NCBI RefSeq assembly: GCF_006345805.1
Contig: NC_043005.1
Span: 91,016,001-91,080,000, forward strand
Length of the DNA stretch: 64,000 bases
Origin: Octopus sinensis
Taxonomy: Eukaryota
Direction: 5' to 3'
The notes beneath the pieces were generated by a model, which was not told where the DNA came from, ran no database searches, and saw nothing but the letters and a program-made list of their open reading frames with translations. Within the stretch, counting starts at the first letter, position 1. Each line of letters begins with the position of its first letter. The position numbers and the translations under genes are program-made. Positions 40,454 to 53,588 of this stretch are shown here, piece after piece.

Positions 40454-42264
40454 ATATATTCTTTCACAGACACATATTCATAAACAAATACAAAATTATA
40501 TAAAATGAACTACGTGAAATAAATGGGAGAATGGCATGAATTTGGATGAATTAAAGGTTGCTTCTGTACTTTCCATTGGCCCTTTTCAGTTGTTAGACTC
40601 ATTTTTGCAATTATGTAAATGGTACTAGCCTAACATTATTCCTACCATTTTTTTTCCATATGTAAAAGTCTTCATAACTGATTAACAAGATTTTAATAAA
40701 GTATACTTCATTGATGAGGTTTAATAAACTGAAATATGTCCACAGCTGTCCCTTGCCTGCATACAAACAACAGACTTTTAGATCAGTTCAAATATGTGAG
40801 GGACATTTGACCAGCACAAAGATCATATTTGCTGCTAATTTTCCAAGGAGAACCTTTCTCACTTTTGGCAATAAGTATTGAAAAACACCAACAGTAATTT
40901 CAAGGAATCTTCTCTTGACAAAACAGTGAATGCATTTCTATCTCCTTGACTATCATCAGCATTGTGTACTGCAAAAGAGACAACTCTGAAATGACTTTGA
41001 GAAACATTTGTTTCCTTGTAGTAAATGAGCATCAAAACACAAGCTGATCACATATGATGCTGGCCCCAGCCAAATAAAATATTGCAGTGGGTGCGTGAAA
41101 GCAGTATTGTGAATAAACAAATATTCAGATTAGTTCAAATATGTGAGGAACATATTTGATCTGTACAGAGACTATCAGACGTTCCTTCTGAGTAGATAAA
41201 TTAACTTTGTAAGATTAATTCTTAAATGCTTGAAATTATTTGAAAGCCACTAACAGTTACTGTTGATTTTGCTTTTATTTTTCTCCATCTAAGACGGATT
41301 GGTGATGAGTATTATTAGTTTCATGCCTAAAGCAGAAATCAGAGTATTTAATGATGTAAGAGATGTAGAGAATTCCTGGCAATAAAATTAATATAATTTC
41401 AATTACAGCTCACAATTATTTTCACATATATTTGTTAATGCTTATTTTGTTGTTGATTTCCCAGGAAGATTTAGTGGGGGAAGGAGTTATTGATAGACAT
41501 ATACATAGACTAATACACTAAGTACAAACAGTTTACTAAGCAGAATAAATTATTTTGCCATGAGGAGCAAAAAAAACAAACGCTTGTCAGAACCCTTTTT
41601 CAGGAGAACAATTTCCTATTTGCAGTGTGGAAGATGTTTATAAATACACAAAAACTGTTAGATTCAGTTTCTGCGTGTTTTGTTTCAGCACACGATCTCA
41701 GATCAGATCACTTGCTATGCAAGTACATCTCCGTAATTTCCTATTTAAGAGTAGTAAAATAGATTTCCTTCATTTTACTTCATTCTGTGGAACTAGGAGC
41801 TAATCAGTCACATTTGGTCATATTATGTAAGTTGAAGCATATATAAATATATATAGATAGATAGATAGATAAATTAAGACAACCATTGGTTTCATGTCAG
41901 GAAAGAAATCCCTTAACAATTATCAAGCTTGTCACATGGCACATTGCTGTTTGTCTCCATCTTGGATTAAAATTTTGGATACACAAACGAAGGAACAACT
42001 TTTGAATTATTATCTCCCTTGCCTCAAATTTATATTAAATTCAATTTGATTCAAATTTTCTACATGTATGCAGGCACATCCACATACCTGCATTAATACT
42101 TTAAATGTGTGCACTTACATTTGTATTTTTATGTATGTGCACCTGGTTGCAAAGTTTCATATGTGTATCACATATTTTGGTGTCAAACTTTTTAGTGTTG
42201 CTGTAATTGTGTATACTTTGTAAGTTTGTATATAAATTCATAAATGTGTATATATATATATATT

Positions 42265-44750
42265 CAGTCTATGGATCAGAGTGTCTAGAAAAGTACAGGG
42301 TCAGCAACATGAGTGCAAATAGGCAACAACTGCATGAGCTCTGTACATTCCATAGACTGTGTGTCACCAAAACCCACTTCCAGACCAAAGCTCTACACAG
42401 AGTTTCCTGGTGTCAACCTCACAGACCACTGGCCAGATCTGACCCAGGCAAGCAGTGTATCAATGCTACAGCAACCCAGCAATTAGCCAAGGCAGATGCA
42501 TTTCTTAGGTCATTGGAGGACACCCTCCAACAGGTAATGTTCAGTAGAGATGGGACACCATCCATGGCACTGCATTGAGGGCCTTTGTGGGGAGAATGAC
42601 ACAGGACTAGTTTAGGCAAGCACAAATGAGTTCAATGCATTTATGGAGAAGCACATTGCCCTGTTGAAGCACAAACACCAACCCACTGGGGTAATGTTGT
42701 AATCATTGAGATCAGCAAGGAACAATATGTAGAAGACAGCGAGACACAGTGCAAATGACTACTGGTTACAACTATGCAAAGATATCCAACAGTCATCTGA
42801 CACAGGTAACATTCACACAATGTGTGAGGGCATCTAGAAAGCCATTGGCCTAACCCAGAGCAAGATAGCTCCACTCAAATTTATAACAGAGGAAATCATC
42901 AAGGGCAAAAGAGAAGAGTTGGAGGGATGGATGGAACATTATTTCAAATTCTACACCAAGGAAAATAACATCCTGGGCAGCACACTAGACACTGTGGAAT
43001 ACCTATCCATCACAGAGGAGCCGGATGCACTGTCAACTGCTGAAGAACCAAGTAGAGCCATTGATGGTTTGCTCACTGGAAAGACATCAGGATCAGACAG
43101 CATCCCACCAGAGGTTGTTAGGTGTGCAAAGGGAGTTCTACTCAGCCACTTGTTGAAGCTACTGTGTCAGCGCTAGGTAGAGGGAACAGTCTCACAAGAC
43201 ATAAGAGACTGTAACATTGTCACCCAATATAAGAATAAAGGGAACAGAAGCAACTACAATAGCTACCGAGGTATCTTGCTGCTAAGCATCATCGGGAAGG
43301 TCTTTACCCATGTGTTCCTGAACAGACTACAGAAAATTGTGGAGAGGGTATACCCTAAATTTCAGTGTAGTTTCAGGTCAGAATGCTCTGCTATCAACAT
43401 GATCTTTCTTCAACAGCTATAGAAGTGTTGAGAGCAAAGGCAATCACTCTACATCACCTTCAGTGACCTCATGAAGGTTTTTGACCTAGTAGAGACAGCC
43501 TGTTCCAAATCCTTGCCAAGATTGGCCATCCTCCAAGACTTCTCAGAATAGTCCAATTGTTTCATATAGATATGAAAAGTGCCATTCAATTTCATGGCTC
43601 TTCCTCTGAGGTGTTCAATATATGGAGTGGTGTGAAGCAGGGCTGTGGTGTCTTTCTCACAGTCATGCTGAAACACACATTCGGAACATCAACTAATGGT
43701 GTGTATCTCTACACCAGATCAGACAGGAAACTGTTTAATCTGTCAAGACTGAAAGCAAAATCCAGGTTTTGTCAGGAACTCAGACAAATGCTTTCCAGAT
43801 GATGCAGCACTGACAACACACGCAGAGGAGCAAATGCGGCACCTCATGAACAAACTCTCAAGGACCTACCAAGAATTCAGCCTGACCTTTAACCTAAAGA
43901 AAACCAATGTGCTGGGCCAAGGTGTCAAGTACTCCACTAACATCACCAACTACAAGTTGAAAATAGTCTACAAATTCACCCAACCCAGCTCTATCATCAC
44001 TAATAACCTCTCTTTGGACTCCAAGATCAACAGGCAACTTGGACAAGAATCCTCCACATTTGCCAGGCTGACGAAGAGAAAACTGGCTAAAAACACCAAG
44101 ATTACTGTCTGCAAGGCATGCATCCTCAGCACACTACAGCAGTGAGACAAGGAACCTCTACTACAGACAGGAGCGGTGTCTCAACATCTTTCACCTTCAT
44201 AGCCTGAGACACATTTTGGATACCAAATGAACCGACTGAGTCACCAACACTGAAGTTCTCAACTGCACCAAGATACTCAGCATATTCACCCTGCTCCAAT
44301 AGCACTATCTGCGCTGGCTCAGTAATGTATATCATATGCTGGGGAGTATGCCAAAAGAACCCCTGTATGGGAAATTGGCCAGCATCACAAAAGCATGAGG
44401 ACAATCTCATCTTCATTTCAAGGATGTCTGTAAGAGAGATATGAAATCAATAGATCTGGATCCTGACATGAGAAGAAGTCACTGATGATCACCCATAATG
44501 GAGACAAGTACTATGCAAGGGTATGGAACAAGAGGAAGAGAAACTGAAACTTGCCACCGAAGAAAAGCACACTCAAAGAAAGGAAGCTGCAGTAGTGTCA
44601 GTGGAGAGCATCCTCAAATACAGTCACTGCATACAAAACTGCCACACCTGTGTGGGCCTGTAGTCACAGCAGATGGTGTACTGCCATCAGTAGCTGACAC
44701 AAAATTCTCCAGACACAGATCCATAGTCTTTCAAGACCAACAGATGTTGT
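42265..44750 (+). mobile_element. Degenerate RTE-clade LINE (APE endonuclease plus RT)
   Basis: LCTFHRLCVTKTHFQTK (endonuclease), GSDSIPPE, YRGILLLSIIGKVF, SGVKQGC, FPDDAAL; many stops and frameshifts. Confidence 0.9.
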
Positions 44751-44859
44751 AGATATTAGCAATCTATATATCATACTTAAAACACACACATATTCTTTTA
44801 TATGTTTCAGCCCTGAGGCTGTGGCCATGCTGGGGAACTGCCAGTATACTGTTGAAAGA

Positions 44860-45073
44860 CTTCTAAACTGTGGTACATGTCTTGAGATATCGGCTCTTAT
44901 AGACGTATAGTGTTAAAAAATACCAAAATATATCAGCAGCAGACGAAATTAGTCCAGCAATGCCACCACTGCAGCTGGATGATTTTCATCTGCTTGCCGA
45001 TATATTTCTGGTTGTTTTAAAACTATACGTCTACAATTAATGCTTTCTCAAGATGAACACCACAGTTTAGAAG
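44860..45073. repeat. Imperfect ~215-bp palindrome (foldback MITE-like)
   Basis: Nested pairs CTTCTAAACTGTGG/CCACAGTTTAGAAG, TAGACGTATAG/CTATACGTCTA, TCCAGC/GCTGGA. Confidence 0.8.
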
Positions 45074-45376
45074 GCTTATGTATATCCTTTAAGAATGATA
45101 CACAGATTGCTGATATGAACTAATACTACTTCTGTTGCTAATAATGAATATGCATATATGGCTGCATGGTAAGAAGTTTGCTTTCCAGCCACATAGTTAT
45201 GGGTTCAGTTCCACTGTATGACACCATGGTTAAGTGCCTTCTACTATACCCCAGACCAACCAAAGCCTTGTGAGTGGATTTGGTAGACAAAGACTGAAAG
45301 AAGCCCATTGCATGTGTGTGTGTGTGTGATCATTAACTGAACTGTGTGGGGATGTGTGTTGTGTCTCCTCCCAACA

Positions 45377-46682
45377 TACAAGAGTTGGCTGAAAAGTTCA
45401 TAAACTGACCAAGATATTGTCCTGGAATGTGATCAAATGAAGTTTATTTTTCAACATAGTTCCCCTTGCAGTTCACACACTTCTTCCATCGGTGTTGCAG
45501 AGCTTGGGTCCCATTGCTGAAGCAGTTTTCATCCTGTTGATCAAAAAAAGTCATCAACAGCAGATATATACTATCATCAACACTGCAATACTGGTTCCTA
45601 CAAAGTGTTTTTTGATGTTGGGGAACAGATGATAGTCAGATGGGGCCACATCAGGAGAATAGAAAGGTTGATGAACCAGCTGCAAGCCACAGTCATGCAC
45701 AGCAGCCATTGAAACCAAGGACTTGTGTACTGGAGCACTGACCTGATGAAACAAGACCACTTTTGTCAGTTTTCCCAGGCATTTGATTGTGATAACCTTT
45801 CATAACTACCTCAGCAAATTGGCATAGTACTTCCCATTGATAGTGTGGCCCTTTTGAGGATAGTCAATAAACACAACGCCTTTTACATCCCAAAGATCTG
45901 AGCCCATCACCTTCCCTGCAGATGAAATGACCACGGCCTTCTTTGGAGCAGGTGAAGCAGGATTGTCACTTTGTCTCTGGTTCAAAGTGATGAATCCAAC
46001 ACTTACCCTGGGTTGGGAATCATTCAAAGAAAACAGCCAGATCTGCCTCAAACGATGTCAGATTTTCCAGTGATGTGATCAGCCAAGTGTACTTTTGATC
46101 AGGTGTCCGAAGACATGGTACCCACTGAGTAGACACATTCATTATACCAAAGTTCATTGTACAGAATATTCTCACCTCTCTCATAGGATATGTTAACAGC
46201 ATTGGCTATTTGATTTATAGTCAATCACCTGTCATCCATCACTATGTGGTGAACATGATCAATGTTAACCTCAATGGAGGAAGTTGCAGGACGTCAAGAC
46301 CTCGGGTCGTCTTCAAGACTCTCCCCCCCCTCCTAAATTCAGCTGCCCACTTTTGCACTGTTAATGAAGCTTGAGCATCATCCCTTAATGAGTAACCATG
46401 TCAGCATCAATGACGTTGGGCAGGGGGGGGGCTAAACCTTCTTTCTGTAGACACTTGTTAACATCATGATGGCATAACAACATGATGCCAAATTTTGTCC
46501 CTTTTCAAGAGAAGTTGCAACTAGATACTTTTGAAGTCGTCTATGAACAGTCAGATGTCAGTTTAGCTGGAAAAACATAATGCAGTTATTAATAAGAAGT
46601 GATGAAATTAATGCAGGCAAGATTTCACAGCTCTAGCATCATTTCATTAGCCAGCCTATGAACTTTCCAGCCCACCCTCATA
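45377..46682 (-). mobile_element. Near full-length degenerate mariner transposon
   Basis: TA-flanked TIRs (GGCTGAAAAGTTCATA / TATGAACTTTCCAGCC); motifs WVPCL, SAGKVM..WDVKGVVFIDY, YSPDVAPSDYHLF in ORF fragments. Confidence 0.9.
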
Positions 46683-46888
46683 ACATGATAGAAAATGACT
46701 GTCACTGTCATGCAAGCAAGATTAAATGTCTGAGCATGGCAAATATTATGCTGCTAAGAAACAGGTGAGGGTTAGCAACAAGAAGGGCATCCAGCTATAC
46801 AAAATCTGCTTCAGTAAAATTTATTCAACCCATTCAAGCATGGACATTAAAATGATGGTGTGTGTATGTCTCTATAAATATATATATA

Positions 46889-48479
46889 TACAGGGTGTGA
46901 TGGATAAATTGTTACCATTTTATATTTTTTATTTCGAGTATGCACATTGTTTTTGATTTTGTCAACTACACAATAGTGATTTTCTTTAGTAAATTTACTC
47001 TTTAGTATTTCAAGATTTTTTTTTTTGCAACTTTGGTAAATATATCTGCTAAAATGAGATGTCAGTGTTGTTCTCATTTTTGCATAATTTAGACAACAGT
47101 TTATTCACCACACCCTATATATATATGACTAGAGACCGAGACCTATGGAAGTATGCTGTGCGTGAGAAGACCCAGCAAGTCCAGTGAGAACAGTCAAAAT
47201 CAAACCAAATCAACATCAGTGGAAATTGCAGCTGTGGTTAAGCGAACCAACCGATCGTTTGTCCGTTGCCAGCCTCTCCTGGCCCCTGTGCCATTGGCAC
47301 ATAAAAGCACCATCCACTCGTGTCCGTTGCCAGCCTCGCCTGGCCCCCGTGCCGTTGGCACATAAAAGCACCATCCGTTTGTGTCCGTTGCCAGCCTCGC
47401 CTGGCCCCCGTGCCGGTAGCACGTAAAAGCACCATCCGTTTGTGTCCGTTGCCAGCCTCGCCTGGGCCCCGTGCCGGTGGCATGTAAAAACACCATCCGT
47501 TCGTGGCCGTTTCCCAGCTCTGTCTGGCACCTGTGCAGGTGGCACGTAAAAAGCACCCACTACACTCACGGAGTGGTTGGCGTTAGGAAGGGCATCCAGC
47601 CTTAGAAACACTGCCAAATCTGACTGGGCCTGATGAAGCCTTCCGGCTTCACAGACCCCAGTTAAACCGTCCAACCCATGCTAGCATGGAAAACGGATGC
47701 TAAATGATGATGATGATGATGATATATATATATATATATACCAAAATTACATTAAAATATCTTGAAATTCTAAAGAGTAAATTTATTCAATAAAATCGCC
47801 ATTGGCTTCAAACATGGCCTACGGATGACTTCGAATCTCCTGCAACTCTTTTGGACAGTCTCTTTGTTTAGGTTGGTGAATGCTGCCATAATCCATGCCT
47901 TCAGTTCATCTTTGGTGTTACAAGTTTTGTTGGTCTTTCACTCAACTGTGACCCACACAAAATAAGGGGGTTGCAGTTTGGGGAATTAGGTGGCCAGATG
48001 TTAGGGGTGATGTGGTCACAGAAATACTGTCTGACAACTGCATTCTCCTGCTTGTGTGGCATGGTGCAGAGTCCTGTTGCCAGACATAGGGTCTTCCAGC
48101 AACCATCCTCTTGACCAAGGGCAGCACTACCTCCTCCAGGCACTTGAAGTAGGCCTCCACGTTGAGTCTGAGGCATAACATCACAATCACTAGTGATCAC
48201 TCGACTGTTTGACTTTTATCACTCTCAGTACATGTCCTCAGATTGACACCCAAACATTCTGAAATGTTCATATCGGATCTTCCGGCACAAATGCCAAGCA
48301 GTACAGCATGTTGTTTCCAAATTTCTGGCAGAGTGAATTGTATCATGTTGCTGTTTTTCTCACAGACGGTGCTCAGCTGACCCTACTATACTGTGTAATC
48401 AACAAAATCAAAAACATACAATGTGCACGTGCACAATTCAAAATATAAAATGGCGACAATATACCCATTGCACCCTGTA
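46889..48479 (-). mobile_element. Tc1/mariner-superfamily remnant(s) with CAGGGTG termini, interrupted by a LINE 3' fragment
   Basis: TA-CAGGGTG...CACCCTG-TA ends (extra end near 47118); WQQDSAPCH and IWPPNSPNCNPL transposase motifs at ~47960-48100. Confidence 0.75.
47250..47560. repeat. Five ~61-bp tandem units inside the LINE 3'UTR
   Basis: GTCCGTTGCCAGCCTCGCCTGGCCCCCGTGCCGGTGGCACGTAAAAGCACCATCCGTTTGT-like units. Confidence 0.9.
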
Positions 48480-48920
48480 TATTAACCATCATCATTTTAA
48501 CATCCACTTATAAATATACACATATACACATGCAGATATACACATATAAATACCTCCACACACACATACATATATATATATATATGTATATATACACACA
48601 CATTTATATATAGATGTATACAAATACATATATGAACATAAGAAGTTTCTGTCAACTGACGTGATGTAATAGGTATGTAATATGAGTGCTCAGTTTAGTT
48701 TACCACTAAAACTCCGGCTTGAACTGCAACTGAAAAACGTGGTATTGAGATTGACTATTGAAGGCGGCTAGAAGTGGTTACTCCCTGAGCAAGAAGATAT
48801 AGATTAAAATACAAAATGTAAAAGCAAAACATTTGGCATCACTCGAAAGAGACGCTCTGTTTATACTCTCTATGTAGACTAATTGTTTTCTTGAATGATG
48901 CCAAATGTTTCACTTTTTCA

Positions 48921-49260
48921 TTCTTACCCTTCACGCAGAAGCGAAAGTAGGGTATTGTAATCACTCGGCTTTGTCTGTGTGTTTGCAAGATTACTGGAAA
49001 ACGGTTGAACGGATTTTCACCAAATTTAGCAGAAATACTCATTGGGTGAGTGGCTCAAGATGATGAAAATTTGGTTTGATTATCTTCAAACATATATAAA
49101 TACATAGATGTGTGTGTGAACAGTGATGGATTCGAGGGTTTCATTTATTTACATGTTGATTTCTTAATTTCACTAGAATATAAATATCTATAATAGTGAT
49201 ACTTGAAAAAAAATTTATCTGTGCGAAGGGTATGCCTCGCCCCTCCGATGCCTTTTTTTT
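48921..49260 (+). mobile_element. Helentron-associated non-autonomous element (HINE/DINE-like)
   Basis: Subterminal inverted repeats TACCCTTCACGCAG / CTGTGCGAAGGGTA, internal GTCTGTGTGT tract, T-run terminus. Confidence 0.7.
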
Positions 49261-49496
49261 ATATCCACACACACACACATACATACATTAAACAGTGACT
49301 GACATATCTGTGCTCAAATCTGCCAGAACGTATTAAGAATAGATATCCAAGTAATCATTTCAGATCTCAATATCCACAGTGCAAGTAACGATTTATTATC
49401 GGTTGACAGATACCAACACGAATCAGCAAACAATTTATTCGTTGAAATTATAAACAAAGGCATCGGCTCAGCTCTTGTTTAGTTTCAAAGGCCCAG

Positions 49497-49556
49497 GTGC
49501 TTCTGGCTGATGAGACACAACATGTCGAAACACAGACATCCCAGAATCCATTGCAT
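49497..49556 (+). ncRNA. Type I hammerhead motif (antisense to Rab18 intron 1)
   Basis: GTGC-TTCTGG-CTGATGA-GACACAACATGTC-GAAAC-ACAGAC-ATC-CCAGAA-TCCATT-GCAT; bulged stem I; stem III mismatched. Confidence 0.7.
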
Positions 49557-49834
49557 TAATGAATCAAGTGTGATAAGAATACATGGTTGTAAATAGAAGC
49601 CGTTCTCTTGTTACGTACACTTCAGCGATTAGCATATTCGCATTCGAATCTGCCGAAACTTATCAAGAATAGATATGCAAGCCATCGTTTCCTATATATT
49701 CAGACACACATACATATATATATTTTTACAAATACATACGTGTGTGTGTGTACATACATTTATATATACACATGTATACATATATATATACATAAATATA
49801 TATATATATATATATATATGACATGCGAAACTTC

Positions 49835-49876
<42 letters not shown>

Positions 49877-50722
49877 ATACATATATGCACGTACTCACAC
49901 GCGTGTGTATGAATATATATGTGTGTGTGTGTGTTGAGTTGAATTATGGATTTTAAATAATGATATAATTCAATACATAGAAAGTAAAAAGTTTACTACT
50001 TTTAACAAAGAAATATCTTAAATACTTATTTTTAAAAAATCTGTTTAAAATGCTTCTAACGTCAAAATGATGAAATCGCTCCTCGAAAGACCATCATCAA
50101 AGCAGTTCTTTCGGGTTCTGCTGGTTTTACCCTACAAGAACATTTTAATAAATCTCAAACCATTTAACACACAGTGAGCAAGAAAAACAAGTTGCGCTTT
50201 TCTTTTTCAGGTTAGTATTTGTTCTGCCAAAGAACGAGAACATATTATGAAAGTCATTCTGTTTTGTTACACCTTATCGTTTACTGCTGTGGATTATAAG
50301 GTCATCTCCAAAACTAACTTCGTAAAACAACTTGCCAAATTCACATATATTAGCAGTTACCAAGAGAACGTATCGTCTGTGTGTGTGTGCTTATTGAAGG
50401 AGAGGGGTGACTTTTACATTTCAACCCATAATAAAACAAAAAGCTTTAACGTCATTTAAAGGGGAAGGCGGGGGTCTTTGGGGAGTGCGATTAATATAAA
50501 AGTAGGAATCATTGTGTTTAATAATATACGAGGCGTTAAATTGTTCCAAGCAATGAAATTTCGAGTCTCAGAATCGTTTTGATTTATATTTAACGTTTAT
50601 TTTGTTGTTGATTTCCCAAGAAGCTTTGGTGGGAGCGAAGTTGTCAATAACGTTACCCTCTCTAAACCTCATTCACCATATATTCACTAATATAGCTGTG
50701 CGAATACCATTTGTGTGCGTAG

Positions 50723-50756
<34 letters not shown>

Positions 50757-50839
50757 GTGTGTGTGTGTATGTATGTATATATATATGCGTGTTTGGGGGC
50801 ATTTATGTATGTATTTATTATATACTTGTATTTATTTAC

Positions 50840-50910
50840 CTGGACTTTCCAACTCCACTTTCTCCAATGATGAGGATCTTAAGAGTCGTAAGAATATCTT
50901 GATCATCCAT
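50840..50910 (-). CDS. RAB18: Rab18 coding exon 1 (MDDQDILTTLKILIIGESGVGKS + 2 nt)
   Basis: ATG at 50910-50908; P-loop GESGVGKS; donor AG|GTAAAT; 71 nt, phase 2 matches the next exon. Confidence 0.96.
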
Positions 50911-51350
50911 GAGAAGCAAATGAAAAATAATCCGAAACGGTTGTACGACAACAACGACACCAACAACAACAACAACAAATCGACCCGGGCTTTCGACCAA
51001 CAGCTGATATATGATTATGGACGGATGAACAGGGGGTAAATATGCAGTCACCAAGACAAACGAACTAAAGCAGTTTAGATGAAGAGCCAAATACGAAGCG
51101 ACAAAGTTCTGGTGATTGCTTAAATATATATTTTTAAAATAAATTGGTAACAAAGAATAGTCGCTTATTATATATATATTGTATAAGTATATATATATTA
51201 ATGTTAAATATGTGTATGCGTAACTACAGCGAATGACGGAAAAATAAATGTGTTCGCCCACGACAAAAACAAAGATGGCGCTAAACTTTGTGCAAACGTC
51301 ACTATATTTTTATACCCTATCTGATGATGTAGCTACGTTTTGCAAAGCGA
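50911..51350 (-). promoter_or_regulatory. Probable Rab18 5'UTR and core promoter, with YY1-type motif AAAGATGGCG at 51271-51280
   Basis: Non-repetitive, locally CpG-retaining sequence directly upstream of the ATG; (GTT)n tract in the leader; the TSS cannot be placed from sequence alone. Confidence 0.5.
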
Positions 51351-51659
51351 TTGCGTAACTTCTCTCTCTCTCTCTCTCTTTTTCTTTCGCACTCACTCTC
51401 TTTCTCCCTCTTTCACTCACTCTTCCTCTCTCTACTACTCTCACTCGTTCGCTCTCTCTCACTCTCTCTGCATCTCTTTCACCATCTATATCTCTTTCTG
51501 CATCGCTCTCTTTATGTGTGTATATGTATGTCTGTATGTAACTGGGTTAGTTTTCTGCCTAGTCTTTCAATTTCTCCCATCTATCGTGACTAACCACGAA
51601 TGTTATGTAGTAGATTGAACAGAAGCAAACAAGCTTTTCCACACCTTTTGAACGATCTG

Positions 51660-51766
51660 AAGTGTGTATATATATGTATATATATATATATATATATAAT
51701 GTAGGTCCCGGGTTGATTCGGGGTTAACCACAGTAAATAAGGTACTCAATACATATATATACATAC

Positions 51767-51833
<67 letters not shown>

Positions 51834-52241
51834 ATATATGTATGTATATATGTATGTATATATATGTATGTATGTATGTATATATGTATGTATATAAGTA
51901 TATATGTATGTATGTATATATATATGTATATATATAATATATGTATGTATTATATATATATATATATATATGTGTATGTATAATATATATATATATGTAT
52001 GTGTGTGTATATATATATATATATATACATACATATATATATATATACACATATATGTATATATATATATGTATGTATATATGTATGTGTGTGTATATAT
52101 ATATATATATATATTATGTATATATATATATATATTATATATATATAATATATATATATGTATGTATGTATATATATATGTGTGTATGTATATATATATA
52201 TGTATATATATAATATATATATATATATATGTGTGTGTATG

Positions 52242-52273
<32 letters not shown>

Positions 52274-52275
52274 TG

Positions 52276-52306
<31 letters not shown>

Positions 52307-52352
52307 ATATATATATATATGTATGTATATATGTATATATATATATACATAC

Positions 52353-52396
<44 letters not shown>

Positions 52397-52495
52397 ATAT
52401 ATATATGTATGTATATATATATATGTATGTATGTCTGGGGAGAGTCAATACAAAAACGAAATATATATATTTATGTGTGTGTGTGTGTGTGTATT
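51660..52495. repeat. ~830-bp compound (TA)n/(TATG)n/(TG)n microsatellite upstream of Rab18
   Basis: Directly visible; source of the YIYI ORFs. Confidence 0.97.
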
Positions 52496-53222
52496 TATAA
52501 TCGGCTGTTGAGCCGATTGAAATGTGTATGACGGAGAGGGGAGCGAGAGTCAATGGAAACTAAATTTCTTTTAACTATCTTCTTTACAGTATCTAGCCTT
52601 GTACCTCATGTTTCACAAGTCAAATCCCATAAACGTTAACTTTTGCTTTAGATAAAATAAATATTTGCCATATACTGAGCCTGACTCATTCAATTATTCC
52701 CTACCCCAGACAAAATTAGCCTCTGCTTACCTGGAGAATCACGAAAAGTTTTGATGATATCTCCCTACTTCTCTATCTTTCTTTACTTTTATCTTTCCTG
52801 TTCATTTTATATCTGTGCATATTTTCTCTGCTTACTTTTCTTGATGGCACCTGAGGTATAAATTTACTCTAAACATTTTTCTGTATCAACCTAATTACGC
52901 ATATCTTTTTTCTGTAACGACCCAATTACATGTATCATTTCTCCATAGAGAATAAGAAAGCATTGATGAAACAGAAGGACTGAAAGGTGAAGAAACAGGA
53001 AACGGATAAAAGTACAATGAGCTTCTTAAAGTTTCCATCTACCAAAATTGACCCACAAGGTTTTGGAGAATTGGAAGATGAAGAATAAAAGTACAAGACA
53101 AAGAAGAATTAGAAGAAAAGAATTCGGAAGAAAACAAGGGAGGCCAAGAATAGTTAGGTGGAAGTAAAGGAGAGGAACAAAATTGGAAGAAGGAAAATGA
53201 ATTGGAAAAAGAAACAATAAAT

Positions 53223-53588
53223 GGATCTTTTCGTTTTGACCAGCAGATTTTTTAAATAATTTCTTTGTAACTAAACACTTTTAAACTTCGTATACTGGTA
53301 GAATGTGTTACATAAAACATCTTTTGTGATTGATATGACACCACCAGAAAATGTTGTTGACAAAGAACCGGAGAAATTGTATTCACCTCAATAGACGTCA
53401 TTGATTAGTTGAAATTGACGAAATGCAAGAAATTAAACAACAAATAGCTTACAAACTACAGAATTTTCTCAAGAAAGCCAAGAGAAAAAGATGTTTTATG
53501 TAACACATTCTACCAGTATACGAAGTTTAAAAGTGTTTAGTTACGAAGAAATTATTTTAAAAATCTGCCGGTCAAAGTGAAAAGATCC
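53223..53588. mobile_element. MITE with ~100-bp TIRs
   Basis: GGATCTTTTC..AAAACATCTTTT mirrored by AAAAGATGTTTT..GAAAAGATCC. Confidence 0.85.

Noticed and set aside
51321-51345. CTGATGA near the promoter as a hammerhead
   Set aside because: No GAAA after a stem II and no stem I partner
51603-52553. Tyr/Ile-rich ORFs (also near 2500, 49608, 60404, 61289)
   Set aside because: Microsatellite translations
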